Shown here piece by piece: positions 10,625 to 21,000 of a stretch of DNA of 64,000 nucleotides. Position numbers and translations under genes: made by a program. This DNA comes from Candidatus Cloacimonadales bacterium (GTDB lineage: Bacteria > Cloacimonadota > Cloacimonadia > Cloacimonadales > JAIOQZ01), in contig OY762463.1 of NCBI GenBank assembly GCA_963665815.1, positions 2,112,001-2,176,000 of the forward strand, written 5' to 3'. Within the stretch, counting starts at the first letter, position 1. Each line of letters opens with the position of its first letter. The notes under the pieces are model-generated. The model was given only the letters and a program-made list of their open reading frames with translations. It did no database searches and was not told the origin of the DNA.

Positions 10625-12277
10625 ATGAGGAAGATACTTTTATTAATTGGTTTATCATTATTTTCAATAATACTAAATGCACAATACTTTTACGAGTGGG
10701 AATGGGTGCGAACGGCAGGTAGTACATATGGAGACGGAGCAATGTTTATTGATAGATCTTTTAATGGAGGCAATGCTATAGGGGGACTATGTTATAATGG
10801 TTGTAATTTTGGTGTCTATACTGCTTCTGGACAATCAACATCATATAAGGGGTATTTTATATCAACAATAAACTCTAATGGTACTTTTACAAGTTTAACA
10901 CATTCAGATTTCACTGATGAATGTCAAATTTTAGCATCAGCAGAAGACTCTGTTGGAAACAGAGTGTATATTGGGACATTTATGGATGAATTGTACATGG
11001 GTTCTCATCATGTTGTTTCTGTCGGAGCCCATAATACGTTTATTGCAAAACGGAGCGCAAATGGAAGCTGGTTGTGGTTAACCTCAATTCAAAGTTCAGA
11101 TACCGTAGTTCCCCATTCAGTAGATATTGACAGCGCAGGTAGAGTTTATGTATCCGGAGAATATCGTGATGATGCTTTGTTTGGACAATATTCGGTGAGT
11201 ATTTCTGGGGAGGATGACGGCTTTGTCGCATGTCTGGATTCTGCAGGTAATTTCCAATGGGTTAAAACATGTAGCGGAACTAACTATGATGAAGCTAATA
11301 AGATCATGGTGCATAATAATAGAATATATCATGTAGGATTCTTTATTGAGGCAGCACAAGTATTCGGTCAACCACTTACAGCTTCTCCGGGACCCTGTAA
11401 TTCTTATATTGCCTGCTTTGACACTCTGGGGAATGTTGTCAGTTTAGACCAGATACCTGGAAACAATATTGTAAAAGATTTTGCTTTCACGGATGATAAT
11501 GATTTATATATTCTTGGAGAATTCTATCAATCATTTACTCTTGACAATCATACTGTGACTTCGAATGGATTGTGGGATATTTTTGTGGCAAAATTAGATT
11601 CCACTGGAACATGCAGATGGTTAAAATCTGAAGGCTCAAGCGGTACTGAACATGTATATGAAATGGAATGTTATAATAATAGGATCTTTATAACTGGACA
11701 TTTAGAAGGTAGGACATACTTTGATAATTATATGGTTTTTTGCTCTTCCCAAAGAGAAAGTTTTGTGGCTGAAATTGATTCTTTATCCAGCTGGAAGTGG
11801 GTAAGAAGTTTGCAGAGTACGAATGATACATTTATAAGATCCATTTACGTTGCTGGTGATAATGAAATCTATGTTGCCGGTTCTTTTCTAGGAGATCTGG
11901 AGGTTGGAAATCAAGTAATTGCCAACAATGGTAGCTATGATATTCTAATAGCTAAGCTCTCTGATCCTTATCATTCAACCGACGACAACACCATAACCTA
12001 CGAACCGATATCTATCACAAACTACCCAAATCCGTTCAATCCGGAAACAACAATTGAGTATTCATTGAATAAACAAAGCAATGTAGAACTTACAGTTTAT
12101 AACATCAAAGGGCAGAAAGTAAAAACTCTCGTATCGGGCACAAAAGATCAGGGATTGCAGAAAGTAATCTGGAAAGGTGACGACAGCTCCGGACATAAAG
12201 TCGGTTCCGGGGTTTATTTTTATGTACTCAAAACACCAGACTCTACGATATCAAAGAAGATGCTGCTTCTGAAATAA
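10625..12277 (+). CDS. Secreted beta-propeller (SBBP-like repeats) protein with C-terminal FlgD-Ig/T9SS-type sorting domain
   Basis: Signal peptide; repeated 'D.F.AK.D..G...W' blades; C-terminal NYPNPFNPETTI..YNIKGQKV..W.G.D..G..V.SGVYF..KKMLLLK. Confidence 0.85.
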   Translation: MRKILLLIGLSLFSIILNAQYFYEWEWVRTAGSTYGDGAMFIDRSFNGGNAIGGLCYNGCNFGVYTASGQSTSYKGYFISTINSNGTFTSLTHSDFTDECQILASAEDSVGNRVYIGTFMDELYMGSHHVVSVGAHNTFIAKRSANGSWLWLTSIQSSDTVVPHSVDIDSAGRVYVSGEYRDDALFGQYSVSISGEDDGFVACLDSAGNFQWVKTCSGTNYDEANKIMVHNNRIYHVGFFIEAAQVFGQPLTASPGPCNSYIACFDTLGNVVSLDQIPGNNIVKDFAFTDDNDLYILGEFYQSFTLDNHTVTSNGLWDIFVAKLDSTGTCRWLKSEGSSGTEHVYEMECYNNRIFITGHLEGRTYFDNYMVFCSSQRESFVAEIDSLSSWKWVRSLQSTNDTFIRSIYVAGDNEIYVAGSFLGDLEVGNQVIANNGSYDILIAKLSDPYHSTDDNTITYEPISITNYPNPFNPETTIEYSLNKQSNVELTVYNIKGQKVKTLVSGTKDQGLQKVIWKGDDSSGHKVGSGVYFYVLKTPDSTISKKMLLLK

Positions 12278-12295
12278 ATATTTGAACTGAAATCA

Positions 12296-12370
12296 CCCTT
12301 CGACTCCGCTCAATGAACTTAATATACTGTTATTCTTTGCTTTACAAGCTCCCTGAGCGGAGTCGAAGGG
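12296..12370. repeat. REP-like inverted repeat (17-bp perfect arms), possibly also a terminator
   Basis: CCCTTCGACTCCGCTCA (12296-12312) and TGAGCGGAGTCGAAGGG (12354-12370) lie between convergent genes. Confidence 0.8.
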
Positions 12371-12393
12371 AATACTTTTATTGCTGAAAAATC

Positions 12394-12592
12394 AATAAAC
12401 CATAGTAAAATATATAGATGTATCTCTTCACCCATCCTTTAAATCTTAGCGATATGAACACTGAAGCTGACAAGGCAACTAACATAGACATATACACTAG
12501 TAAATCAGCAAAATCTTGATTATCAAACCAGTAACAATGAAAAGAGGTATACTATGTAGTAAGAATAACTTGATCCTTCTATAAATCTCCAT
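12394..12592 (-). pseudogene. Degraded small membrane protein, probable immunity gene of orphan RHS cassette 1
   Basis: AGGAGG then ATG at 12592; MEIYRRIKLFLLHSIPLFIVTGLIIKILLIY*; hydrophobic sequence continues in another frame. Confidence 0.35.
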
Positions 12593-12653
12593 TTTCTGCC
12601 TCCTGACGTAGATAATATAAGACATTGTTCCAAGGATAGAAATAAAAATTATA

Positions 12654-13285
12654 TTAATCGATTCTTAATTGATGTTTAGCATCATAGTAATTAAACTTGC
12701 CAGGTAATTTTTCTCCTGAATATTCTAATAGAGATTCATTGAATGAATTACTATTAACATTGAAACCTGAATTAACGCGACCAATTGGTACTAAATTCTG
12801 TAGTTCGTTTGGGTACGTTACAGGATCATCGGGATTATCAGGCAATGCCACAGTAAATTGATGTCTTCCATAAAAAGTAATTGGATTTTTTCCTTTTTTA
12901 ACGTTTAAACCTCTAGCTCCTGTGAATATTTCTTGTCCATCCGGATCTACAAATATAATTGGATTATTTGCACAGTATGCAAAAGGGCTACTCAATTCAT
13001 CTGCAGGATCAGGAGATGTCCAACGTGCAATCTGAGGGTCGTAATAACGTGCGCCGTAATGGTACCAAAGAGCTCGTAGCCGCAGGCGAGAGTCTCACCT
13101 CCGAAATTCGTAGGATGTAATCCGAGAATCATAGGAGGTACATTATTCTCATCTTCGTATTCCTTATTGTTGTAAAGGAATTTATTGGATTTATCTCCAT
13201 TATTAGAGGATAATCCTCCAAGTCTCATTCCAAACGGATAGTAGTGGTCTTCCTGGACTTTTAAAGCTGTGTTTCCCAGATACAA
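12654..13285 (-). pseudogene. Orphan RHS core plus toxin tip (cassette 1), frameshifted by a ~68-nt insertion
   Basis: QEDHYYPFGMR..KFLYNNKEY, then after the insert WYHYGARYYDPQIARWTSPDPADE.SSPFAYCANNPIIFVDPDG in another frame. Confidence 0.85.
13071..13141. mobile_element. Small two-hairpin insertion (REP/MITE-like) inside the RHS core
   Basis: 71 nt sit where alignment to cassette 2 expects one codon. Stems ACCTCC..GGAGGT and CTCG..GCC-TGC-GGC..CGAG. Confidence 0.6.
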
Positions 13286-13289
13286 TCCA

Positions 13290-13350
13290 TCCTCCTTACT
13301 CCATAATATGGCAAAATTGAGCTCATTAGTAGTAAATGGTCAAGAAAATT
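13290..13350 (-). promoter_or_regulatory. Promoter plus RBS block of RHS cassette 1 (copy 1 of a direct repeat)
   Basis: TTGACC-N18-CAATTTTGCCATATTATGGAGTAAGGAGGA, then a TTG start; near-identical block at 15432-15493. Confidence 0.65.
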
Positions 13351-13415
13351 ATGGTTCAGACAGAAAAAGCCAGAAAACGTGTTTCTGGCTATATATATTT
13401 TTTGCAAGAGTTGAA

Positions 13416-14591
13416 CTACTTTTTCTGTTCTTTCAAGTATTTTTCTTTAAGTTCAAGCAATGCTTCTTTTTCTCCCTTCTCATAGAATCTATAATCCAGC
13501 CAATAGTCCCAGTCTCCTGTAAATGTTGAAAAATCCGTTAAAGCTCTTTTAAACCATTTCATAGCCTCTTCTTCATTATTTATGCTATAATTTAAGTAGG
13601 CAAGATGCATAAACATTCTTTCATAATTCTGAAAATAAGTCTTTTTTTTATTGTAACTTTCATCTAAATCTTTCACCAGCTTTGTTATGCAATTTTCTGT
13701 ATTAATAGTCTTACGCAGTAATCTGCTTTCAATAGTTCTATCTGGACCATAATAAAGCCAAGATGTTAAAAATTCATCAATGAGAAAATCATGGGGAAAT
13801 TGAGCTTTCTTAAACTGAAGCTGCATTAAAGCAAAGAAAAATCCAAACATTCCACCATTTACTACTTCATCTTTAGGTTCAAATTGGGTTTTGAAATAGT
13901 AACTGTACATTTCAGGAAATTTGCCTAATCTTCTTAGTGTATAACATTTCATGATATTATAGAAATTAAACTCTTTAATAATTTGCAGGTTAATATTCTC
14001 TGATGAATATATTTCATCATTTTGCTTTTTTCTTAAAGCAATTGCAATTATTCTGAATCTTTCAAGCTCTTCTTCAATAACTTCATATTCTTTCATTTTT
14101 GCAAGATTGAAAAAGAAGTAACGGTATGGGACCAAATTTACTTTAAAGTACTCAGACAAAAGACTTTCTAAACTTTCATTTGATTCTTTTCCTCTTGAGA
14201 GTACATTTTTCCTAATCTCTAATAAATGAATATAGAAATACATGATATAACTTCCGGGATCATTTATGTTATGATAGTACATTTGCACATCATCAACGCC
14301 AAATTCCTCGAAACTGATAGGTTTCACTTTTAAAGTATCAATTCCTGATGCTATTAATCTATCAAGCTTGCTGTTTTCGAAAGTCAATGCTTTCTTAATA
14401 TCTGCATCTGCAATTTGATAATGTTCTATCAATGAATACATCATTTCTCTGTTAGCTTTACTATTATGTGCAAATATTTTTTTCAGTAGGTCAAAATCGT
14501 TCCCAAGATAGTCGTCTCTAATACAGTTCAGTAGAGATGAACAAGATATGATGAATATAAAAGCGACGATTTTTGTAATTTTTTTTCTCAT
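13416..14591 (-). CDS. Helical (TPR-like C-terminus) exported protein or lipoprotein; candidate immunity protein of RHS cassette 2
   Basis: Likely start MRKKITKIVAFIFIISCSSLLNC; directly downstream of the toxin tip; AT-rich. Confidence 0.55.
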   Translation of the reverse strand: MRKKITKIVAFIFIISCSSLLNCIRDDYLGNDFDLLKKIFAHNSKANREMMYSLIEHYQIADADIKKALTFENSKLDRLIASGIDTLKVKPISFEEFGVDDVQMYYHNINDPGSYIMYFYIHLLEIRKNVLSRGKESNESLESLLSEYFKVNLVPYRYFFFNLAKMKEYEVIEEELERFRIIAIALRKKQNDEIYSSENINLQIIKEFNFYNIMKCYTLRRLGKFPEMYSYYFKTQFEPKDEVVNGGMFGFFFALMQLQFKKAQFPHDFLIDEFLTSWLYYGPDRTIESRLLRKTINTENCITKLVKDLDESYNKKKTYFQNYERMFMHLAYLNYSINNEEEAMKWFKRALTDFSTFTGDWDYWLDYRFYEKGEKEALLELKEKYLKEQKK

Positions 14592-14667
14592 TTCTAATCC
14601 TTTTCTATTAGAGTTTTCCTTTAAAATCATCCCAAATATTGTAATAGAAATTATCTAATCCCATTTT

Positions 14668-15447
14668 TCATAATATTGTGGCATATCCTCTAACTTTTTT
14701 GTTACCAGCCATCAATGAAGCATATGAGGTAGCTCTTTGCGATAATTTCAGAGCTGGATATTTAGTTTTCAAACTCAGTTTATCAGTGCCAATCATTGTT
14801 CCCCCAACAATAATTCGCTTAACATTAATTGTGTTAATCACAGAAATACATGTATCAATGTTGTCTTCTTGTACTTCAGTTAGTGTGTTATCTTGATTTA
14901 GCTGTGATTTAAGACCTTGTAAATCAGCTTTTGTTTTAGACAGTTCCCATTTATGGTGTCCTGAAGTTTTTACATCCAAATCCCCTTCAGAATCTTCTAT
15001 TGTTAGACCGTCAATGTACTCCATGCAAGCATTTCTAAGCTCCTCAGGTGTATTTATATCACTCAAATCTTCATCGGATAGGACATAATATAATGCATCA
15101 CATTCTTCGAAATAGTATTCACAATTAATAATTACACTTGCTTCAATAGCCCCATCCGGATCAAGGAAGTTCACCGGATCGTTATGGCAATACACATACG
15201 GACTAAAGAACTCATCAGCCGGGTCAACTGCCATCCAGCGTCCGAGTTGTGGATCGTAATGTCTTAAACCGTAATGGAAAATATCCAGTCCTAAATCATC
15301 CTCCAATTCTTTTCCGTTATAGAGGAACTTGTTTTCCTGCCCGGTATCTGTGGACATTCCGCCTAACCTCATCCCAAACGGGTAATAGTGGTCTTCCTGA
15401 AAATTCGTTACGTTATTGCCTACGAACAATTCTCCTCCTTGCTCCAT
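14668..15447 (-). CDS. Orphan RHS core plus C-terminal toxin-like domain (cassette 2)
   Basis: QEDHYYPFGMR, FLYNGKE, HYGLRHYDPQLGRW..DP, SPYVYC.NDPVNFLDPDG, then ~160 aa variable tip. The true start may be the TTG after AAGGAGG. Confidence 0.88.
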   Translation of the reverse strand: MEQGGELFVGNNVTNFQEDHYYPFGMRLGGMSTDTGQENKFLYNGKELEDDLGLDIFHYGLRHYDPQLGRWMAVDPADEFFSPYVYCHNDPVNFLDPDGAIEASVIINCEYYFEECDALYYVLSDEDLSDINTPEELRNACMEYIDGLTIEDSEGDLDVKTSGHHKWELSKTKADLQGLKSQLNQDNTLTEVQEDNIDTCISVINTINVKRIIVGGTMIGTDKLSLKTKYPALKLSQRATSYASLMAGNKKVRGYATIL

Positions 15448-15493
15448 AATATGGCAAAATTGAGCTCATGTGTGGATAATGGTCAAGATAAAT
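15432..15493 (-). promoter_or_regulatory. Promoter plus RBS block of RHS cassette 2 (copy 2 of the direct repeat)
   Basis: TTGACC-N18-CAATTTTGCCATATTATGGAGCAAGGAGGA. Confidence 0.65.
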
Positions 15494-15690
15494 TACATTG
15501 CTCAGAATATTTCAACTAATTCATTGAGTAAAAAAAAATGTCCGATATTTACGACTACCAGCAGCATTTTTCTATAATCATTTATTGTTAGTCTAACCTC
15601 ACAAACTCTCTATCTGTAAACATTTTAGCAGTTAGTACGATTCTCTATGCAGAGAATTTGCAATACGAAATAAAATCCATGAAAAAAGAT

Positions 15691-15723
15691 TTGACGAAAT
15701 GATTTAAAACTATCGAATCTTGC
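15691..15723 (+). promoter_or_regulatory. Putative promoter of the Stn-like operon
   Basis: TTGACG-N18-GAATCTTGC, ~80 nt upstream of the first gene. Confidence 0.5.
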
Positions 15724-15803
15724 TAATTAATTTTTTAATGATAAAAAGTCTTTAATGCCCACCAAGCTAAGATAAAGAAATAAACGTAAGGAGAGACTGA
15801 CAC

Positions 15804-16265
15804 ATGATTCAAAACAGACCGGAACTTGATTCTATAATAAGTAAATATTCCGGAAAAAAAGGAAGTTTGATTCCTCTGCTTCAGGAAGTTCAGCAACTGG
15901 AAGGATATCTGTCTAAAGAATCGATGAGATACGTATCTCGTCATACAAAAGTGAATCTAGCGCAGATCTATGGTGTTGCCACATTCTACACCATGTTCAG
16001 ACTGCGTCCTCAGGGTAAGCATGTTATTAGGGTATGCAAAGGAACGGCATGTCATGTGTCGGGAGCAAATCCGCTTCTGGACCGTATCCGAACTGAGCTT
16101 AAGCTTACCGGAAGCGAAGATACTACTTCAGACGGATTGTTCACAGTGATGGAAGTTGCCTGCCTCGGCTGCTGCAGTCTGGCACCTGTTATTATGGTAG
16201 ATTCCACAACTCACGGAAAACTCACTACTGATGCTGTTGCTGATGTACTTAAGAAGTATGACTAA
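15804..16265 (+). CDS. nuoE: NuoE/HydC-like [2Fe-2S] subunit (StnA-like)
   Basis: VATFY, VCKGTACH, CLGCCSLAP motifs. Confidence 0.9.
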   Translation: MIQNRPELDSIISKYSGKKGSLIPLLQEVQQLEGYLSKESMRYVSRHTKVNLAQIYGVATFYTMFRLRPQGKHVIRVCKGTACHVSGANPLLDRIRTELKLTGSEDTTSDGLFTVMEVACLGCCSLAPVIMVDSTTHGKLTTDAVADVLKKYD

Positions 16266-16285
16266 TCAAAATTAAGGAGGATACT

Positions 16286-18040
16286 TTGAGTCAGTTAAAT
16301 ATTAAAATCGGCTTGGGAAGCTGTGGTATTGCTGCCGGAGCAGATGCAGTATACCAGGCAATAAAGCAATACAAAGATAATAAGAATTTAGACATAAATA
16401 TTGAAAAAACAGCATGTATCGGAATGTGCTCCTGGGAACCTCTCGTAGAAGCGGAAAATGGAGACTTTGCCAGAACCTACGGAAACGTAGAAGCTGAGGC
16501 TGTTCCGGAACTTCTCGATGCACTCCTCAAAGCTGATCTCGAATCAGTTAAAAAATGGGAAGCACCTGAGACAGAAACTATTGGAAAACAAAACAGAATT
16601 GTGCTGAGAAATACAGGTATTATCGACCCTGAATCTTTAGACGATTATCTCGAAAGAGAAGGATATAAAGGTCTGGAAAAAGCTCTCAAAGAAATGTCGA
16701 GAGAACAAATTATTGAAGAAGTAAAAACCTCCGGTCTGCGTGGACGCGGTGGTGCAGGATTCTCTACCGGACTCAAATGGAAGTTCGCTTATGTAGAAAA
16801 AAGTGATAAGAAATATGTAGTCTGTAATGCGGATGAAGGTGACCCGGGTGCATTCATGGACAGATCTGTTCTCGAAGGTGACCCACACAGTATCCTCGAA
16901 GGTATGGCAATCTGTGCCTATGCTGTAGGAGCTGACGAAGGTTACATCTATTGCCGTGCCGAATATCCTCTGGCAATAAAACACCTCAAAAAAGCTATTG
17001 CTGATGCTGAAGAAAAAGGATTCCTCGGTAACAATGTTTTCGGAACAGATTTCAACTTTGACTTACACATTAAAGAAGGTGCGGGAGCTTTCGTATGTGG
17101 TGAAGAAACCGCTCTTATGGCTTCTATCGAAGGTAAAAGAGGTATGCCGAGAATCAGACCTCCGTTCCCTGCTCAGTCAGGTCTCTGGGGAAAACCAACC
17201 AATATCAACAATGTGGAAACTTATGCCAATATTGCCTGGATTATCCTCAACGGTGCTGACAAATACGCTGCTCTCGGAACAGAAAAGAGTAAAGGTACAA
17301 AAGTATTTGCTCTCGCAGGAAAGATCAAACGATCCGGTCTTATCGAAGTGCCAATGGGAACTCCGCTCCGTGAAGTTATCTATGATGTGGGCGGCGGTAT
17401 GGTCTCAGAAAGCCCGTTCAAGGCTGTTCAGCTTGGCGGTCCTTCCGGTGGTTGTGTTCCTAAAGAACTGATTGATACTCTTGTGGACTACGATTCCATT
17501 ACAAAAACCGGTGCTATTATGGGTTCCGGCGGTATGGTTGTTATGGATGAAACCACCTGTATGGTCGATATTGCCAAGTTTTTCCTGAACTTTACCCAGA
17601 ACGAATCCTGTGGTAAATGTACTTTCTGTCGTGTGGGAACAAAGAGAATGCTTGAGATTCTCACCAGAATTACAGAAGGTAACGGAAAAATGGAAGATAT
17701 CGATCTTCTCGAAGAATTATCCGAACAGATTATTAAAACATCACTCTGCGGACTCGGTCAGACAGCTCCTAATCCTGTTCTGACAACCCTCAGATACTTT
17801 AAACACGAATATATTGCGCATATTCAGGATAAGAAATGTCCTGCCGGTTCATGTACAGCACTCATTAAGTATGAGATTGACCCTGAAAAATGTATCGGAT
17901 GTACAGCTTGTAAGAGACAATGTCCTGTGGATGCTATCTCAGGCAATGTTAAAGAAGTACATGTTATTGATCCTGAAAAATGTATTAAATGTGGTGCATG
18001 TGTTGATGCCTGCCGTTTCAACGCAATTACTAAAGGTTAG
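16286..18040 (+). CDS. nuoF: NuoF/HydB-like FMN/NADH-binding subunit (StnB-like)
   Basis: GLRGRGGAGF, CNADEGDPG, GAGAFVCGEET, ESCGKCTFCR; C-terminal 2x[4Fe-4S] domain. Confidence 0.92.
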   Translation: MSQLNIKIGLGSCGIAAGADAVYQAIKQYKDNKNLDINIEKTACIGMCSWEPLVEAENGDFARTYGNVEAEAVPELLDALLKADLESVKKWEAPETETIGKQNRIVLRNTGIIDPESLDDYLEREGYKGLEKALKEMSREQIIEEVKTSGLRGRGGAGFSTGLKWKFAYVEKSDKKYVVCNADEGDPGAFMDRSVLEGDPHSILEGMAICAYAVGADEGYIYCRAEYPLAIKHLKKAIADAEEKGFLGNNVFGTDFNFDLHIKEGAGAFVCGEETALMASIEGKRGMPRIRPPFPAQSGLWGKPTNINNVETYANIAWIILNGADKYAALGTEKSKGTKVFALAGKIKRSGLIEVPMGTPLREVIYDVGGGMVSESPFKAVQLGGPSGGCVPKELIDTLVDYDSITKTGAIMGSGGMVVMDETTCMVDIAKFFLNFTQNESCGKCTFCRVGTKRMLEILTRITEGNGKMEDIDLLEELSEQIIKTSLCGLGQTAPNPVLTTLRYFKHEYIAHIQDKKCPAGSCTALIKYEIDPEKCIGCTACKRQCPVDAISGNVKEVHVIDPEKCIKCGACVDACRFNAITKG

Positions 18041-18049
18041 GAGAGCGAA

Positions 18050-21000
18050 ATGATAAACGTAAAACTTAATGGAATTGATATAAAAACAGAAGCCGGAAAG
18101 ACTATTCTTGAACTGGCTGAAGAACATGGAATCAGAATCCCGACATTATGTCATGATGAAGAACTGAATCCTTACGGATCATGCTGGGTCTGTGCTGTCG
18201 AAGTCAAAGGTGCACGCGGATTTGTTACTGCCTGCGGTACAAAAGTATATGACGGTATGGAAATTCAGACTGACACCGATGAGGTGCATAAAGCAAGAAA
18301 AATGGCTCTGGAACTGCTCCTTTCCGATCACTATGCGGACTGTGAAGCTCCTTGTAAAATAGCCTGCCCGGATCAGGTAGATATTCAGTCCTACATTGCA
18401 TTTATTGCAAACGGACAATATCACGAAGCTGTGAAGGTAATCAAAGAAAGACTGCCTATGCCATTGTCAATCGGTCGTGTATGCCCTGCTTTCTGTGAAG
18501 AAGAATGCCGTCGAACAATCGTTGATGAGCCTATTGCAATTCGTCAGCTTAAAAGACACGCTGCAGACTTCGATCTGAATGATCACTGGACTTACGTACC
18601 GGAAAAAGCTGAGAATAAAGACAAGAAAGTTGCTATCATAGGTGGTGGACCTTCAGGGCTTACCTGTGGATTCTATCTTTCCAATGACGGTTACGATGTG
18701 ACTGTATTCGAATCAGCACCAAAAGCAGGCGGCTGGTTAAGATATGGTATTCCTGAATACAGACTGCCAAAAGAGATTCTGGATATGGAAATCGATCTCA
18801 TGTGCAAGAACGGAATGGAAATTAAAACAGGTGTGGAAATAGGTAAAGATATTCACCTTGCTGACCTGTGTAAAGACTACGATGCTGTTTATCTCGCAAT
18901 CGGAGCTCAGAATGCTGTTCCAATGAGAGTAAAGGGCGGAGACCTGAAAGGTGTTATCCTTGGTGTAGATTTCCTCAGAGCTCATGCACTGGGAGAAAAA
19001 CAGGATATTGGTAAAAAAGTAGCGATCGTCGGTGGTGGTAACACTGCTGTTGACTGTGCCAGAACTTCTAAGAGACTAGGTGCGGACGTTACAATTATAT
19101 ACAGAAGAACCAGAAAAGAAATGCCTGCCGAAGAGTTCGAAGTTGATGCTTCCGATGAAGAAGGAATCAAATTCTATATGCTGACAAATCCAACTGAGTT
19201 TGTCGGTGAAAACGGTAAGCTGAAAAAGCTTGTTCTGGAAAAGATGGAGCTTGGTGAACCTGATGCAAGCGGGAGAAGAAGACCTGTTCCTACGGGTGAG
19301 ACTTTCGAAGAAGAATTCGACTGCGTAATCCCTGCAATCTCGCAGGTTCCGGAAGTAACATTCCTGGCAGACGAGAAAAACTTTGTCGATGGTAAACCGC
19401 TTCCACTCACACGCTGGAGTACTCTGGAAACAGATGAAAACACAATGTACTCCGGTATGGACAATCTGTTTGCCGGCGGTGACTTCAGAAGAGGTCCTGC
19501 TACAGCTATTGAAGCTATTGCAGACGGTAGACTTGCCTCCGAAACAATCGACAAATTCCTGCAAGGGGAAGAAATAGAAGTTAACAATTGGAAATTCGAT
19601 TCCAAAAAAGCTAAAAAGCTCAAAGAAGTTGCTGCGGAAGAATACGAGCAATTCGAAAAGATACCTCGTGCTAAGATGCCGGAGCTTGAGCCGGAAGACA
19701 GAGTTACCAACTTTAAGGAAGTTGAAACAGGCTTCTGCGATGAGGAAGCTATCAAGGAAGCTAACAGATGTCTTGAGTGCGGTTGTCAGGTTAACGAAAC
19801 ATGTGTACTCAGAGAGTACTCTACAGAGTACGGAATCGACTTCACCAGATTTATCGGTGACAAGAACAGACACCCGATCGATACAACTCATCCGTTCATC
19901 CTCAGAGATGCCAACAAATGTATCAAGTGCGGTCGCTGTGTAAGAATCTGTTCCGAAGTTCAGGGAGCCGGTGTTCTCGGCTATATGTACCGTGGATTCA
20001 CCAGTATAGTTGCTCCTGAATTCGGTGAAAGCCTTACAAAAACAACCTGCGAAAGCTGTGGTAAATGTATAACTGTCTGTCCTGTAGGTGCTCTTACAGA
20101 AAAGAATGTTAACTACAAGATGCAGCCGAGAACAGGTGGAAAAGTTGTTCAGAACTCAGGTATTTCCGGACTTGGAGCATCAATAAGTGTTAGTGTGAAT
20201 ACTGATTCCGTAACCATGGTTGAACCTGCAATAGAATCAGGATTTAACGGCAGAGACCTTGCATTTGAAGACAGATTCGGATGGCAGATTTTTGAGCATG
20301 GTGAAAAACTTCTCAAACCGGAGAAAAACGGAAAGACAATCTCCTGGGAAGAAGCTGCCGATACAATCAAAGCTAAGCTTAAAGATGCGAAATCAAAGAA
20401 GATATACATGTCTGCCGATGTAACCAACGAAGAAGTTGTGCTTATGAATGCTGTAGCAGAAAAGATTGGGGCAAAACTCGAATCTCTTTCCCTGCTTACA
20501 GACTTCTCAGATGGTATTGAAGCTTGCCCTGTTAAGAAATACGAAGAGATTGCACAGGCAGAAGTTATGGTGCTGGTTGGTGAAGTTGCTCCGCTTCTCA
20601 GAACAAAAGCAAGACAGAACCAGCGTAAAGGTGCTAAACTCATTGTTGTGGATGCACCGGATATTAACTTCAACAATTTCGCTGACGATCAGTTTGCAAC
20701 CTGGGGAGAATTCGAGAAAGAAGAACTTCCTGCTAAGACTCTGTTCATTTACAGCCGTCATTCAGTTGATGAAAAGACAGCTTATGAGATCTGGAAGAAA
20801 GCAGCGAATATATGTGATTTTTCAGATGGATCTGGTATCATAAACTCTACTGAGTGGGCTAACAGAAAAGGTCTCTTAAGAAGAGGTGTAGAAGCTGTTA
20901 TTGCTGAAAACGCTGACTTTGTGATTCTGTATGGTGAAACCCCGACAGACGAGCAGTGGAAAGCTATCAGGAACTCCGGATTTGTTATGCAGATTAACAC

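Noticed and set aside
13071-13141. Intron or translational bypass element
   Set aside because: Too short for group I/II introns, and no take-off/landing codon pair with an adjacent stop was seen.
19076-19891. 271-aa and 193-aa minus-strand ORFs
   Set aside because: Antisense shadows of the StnC-like gene.
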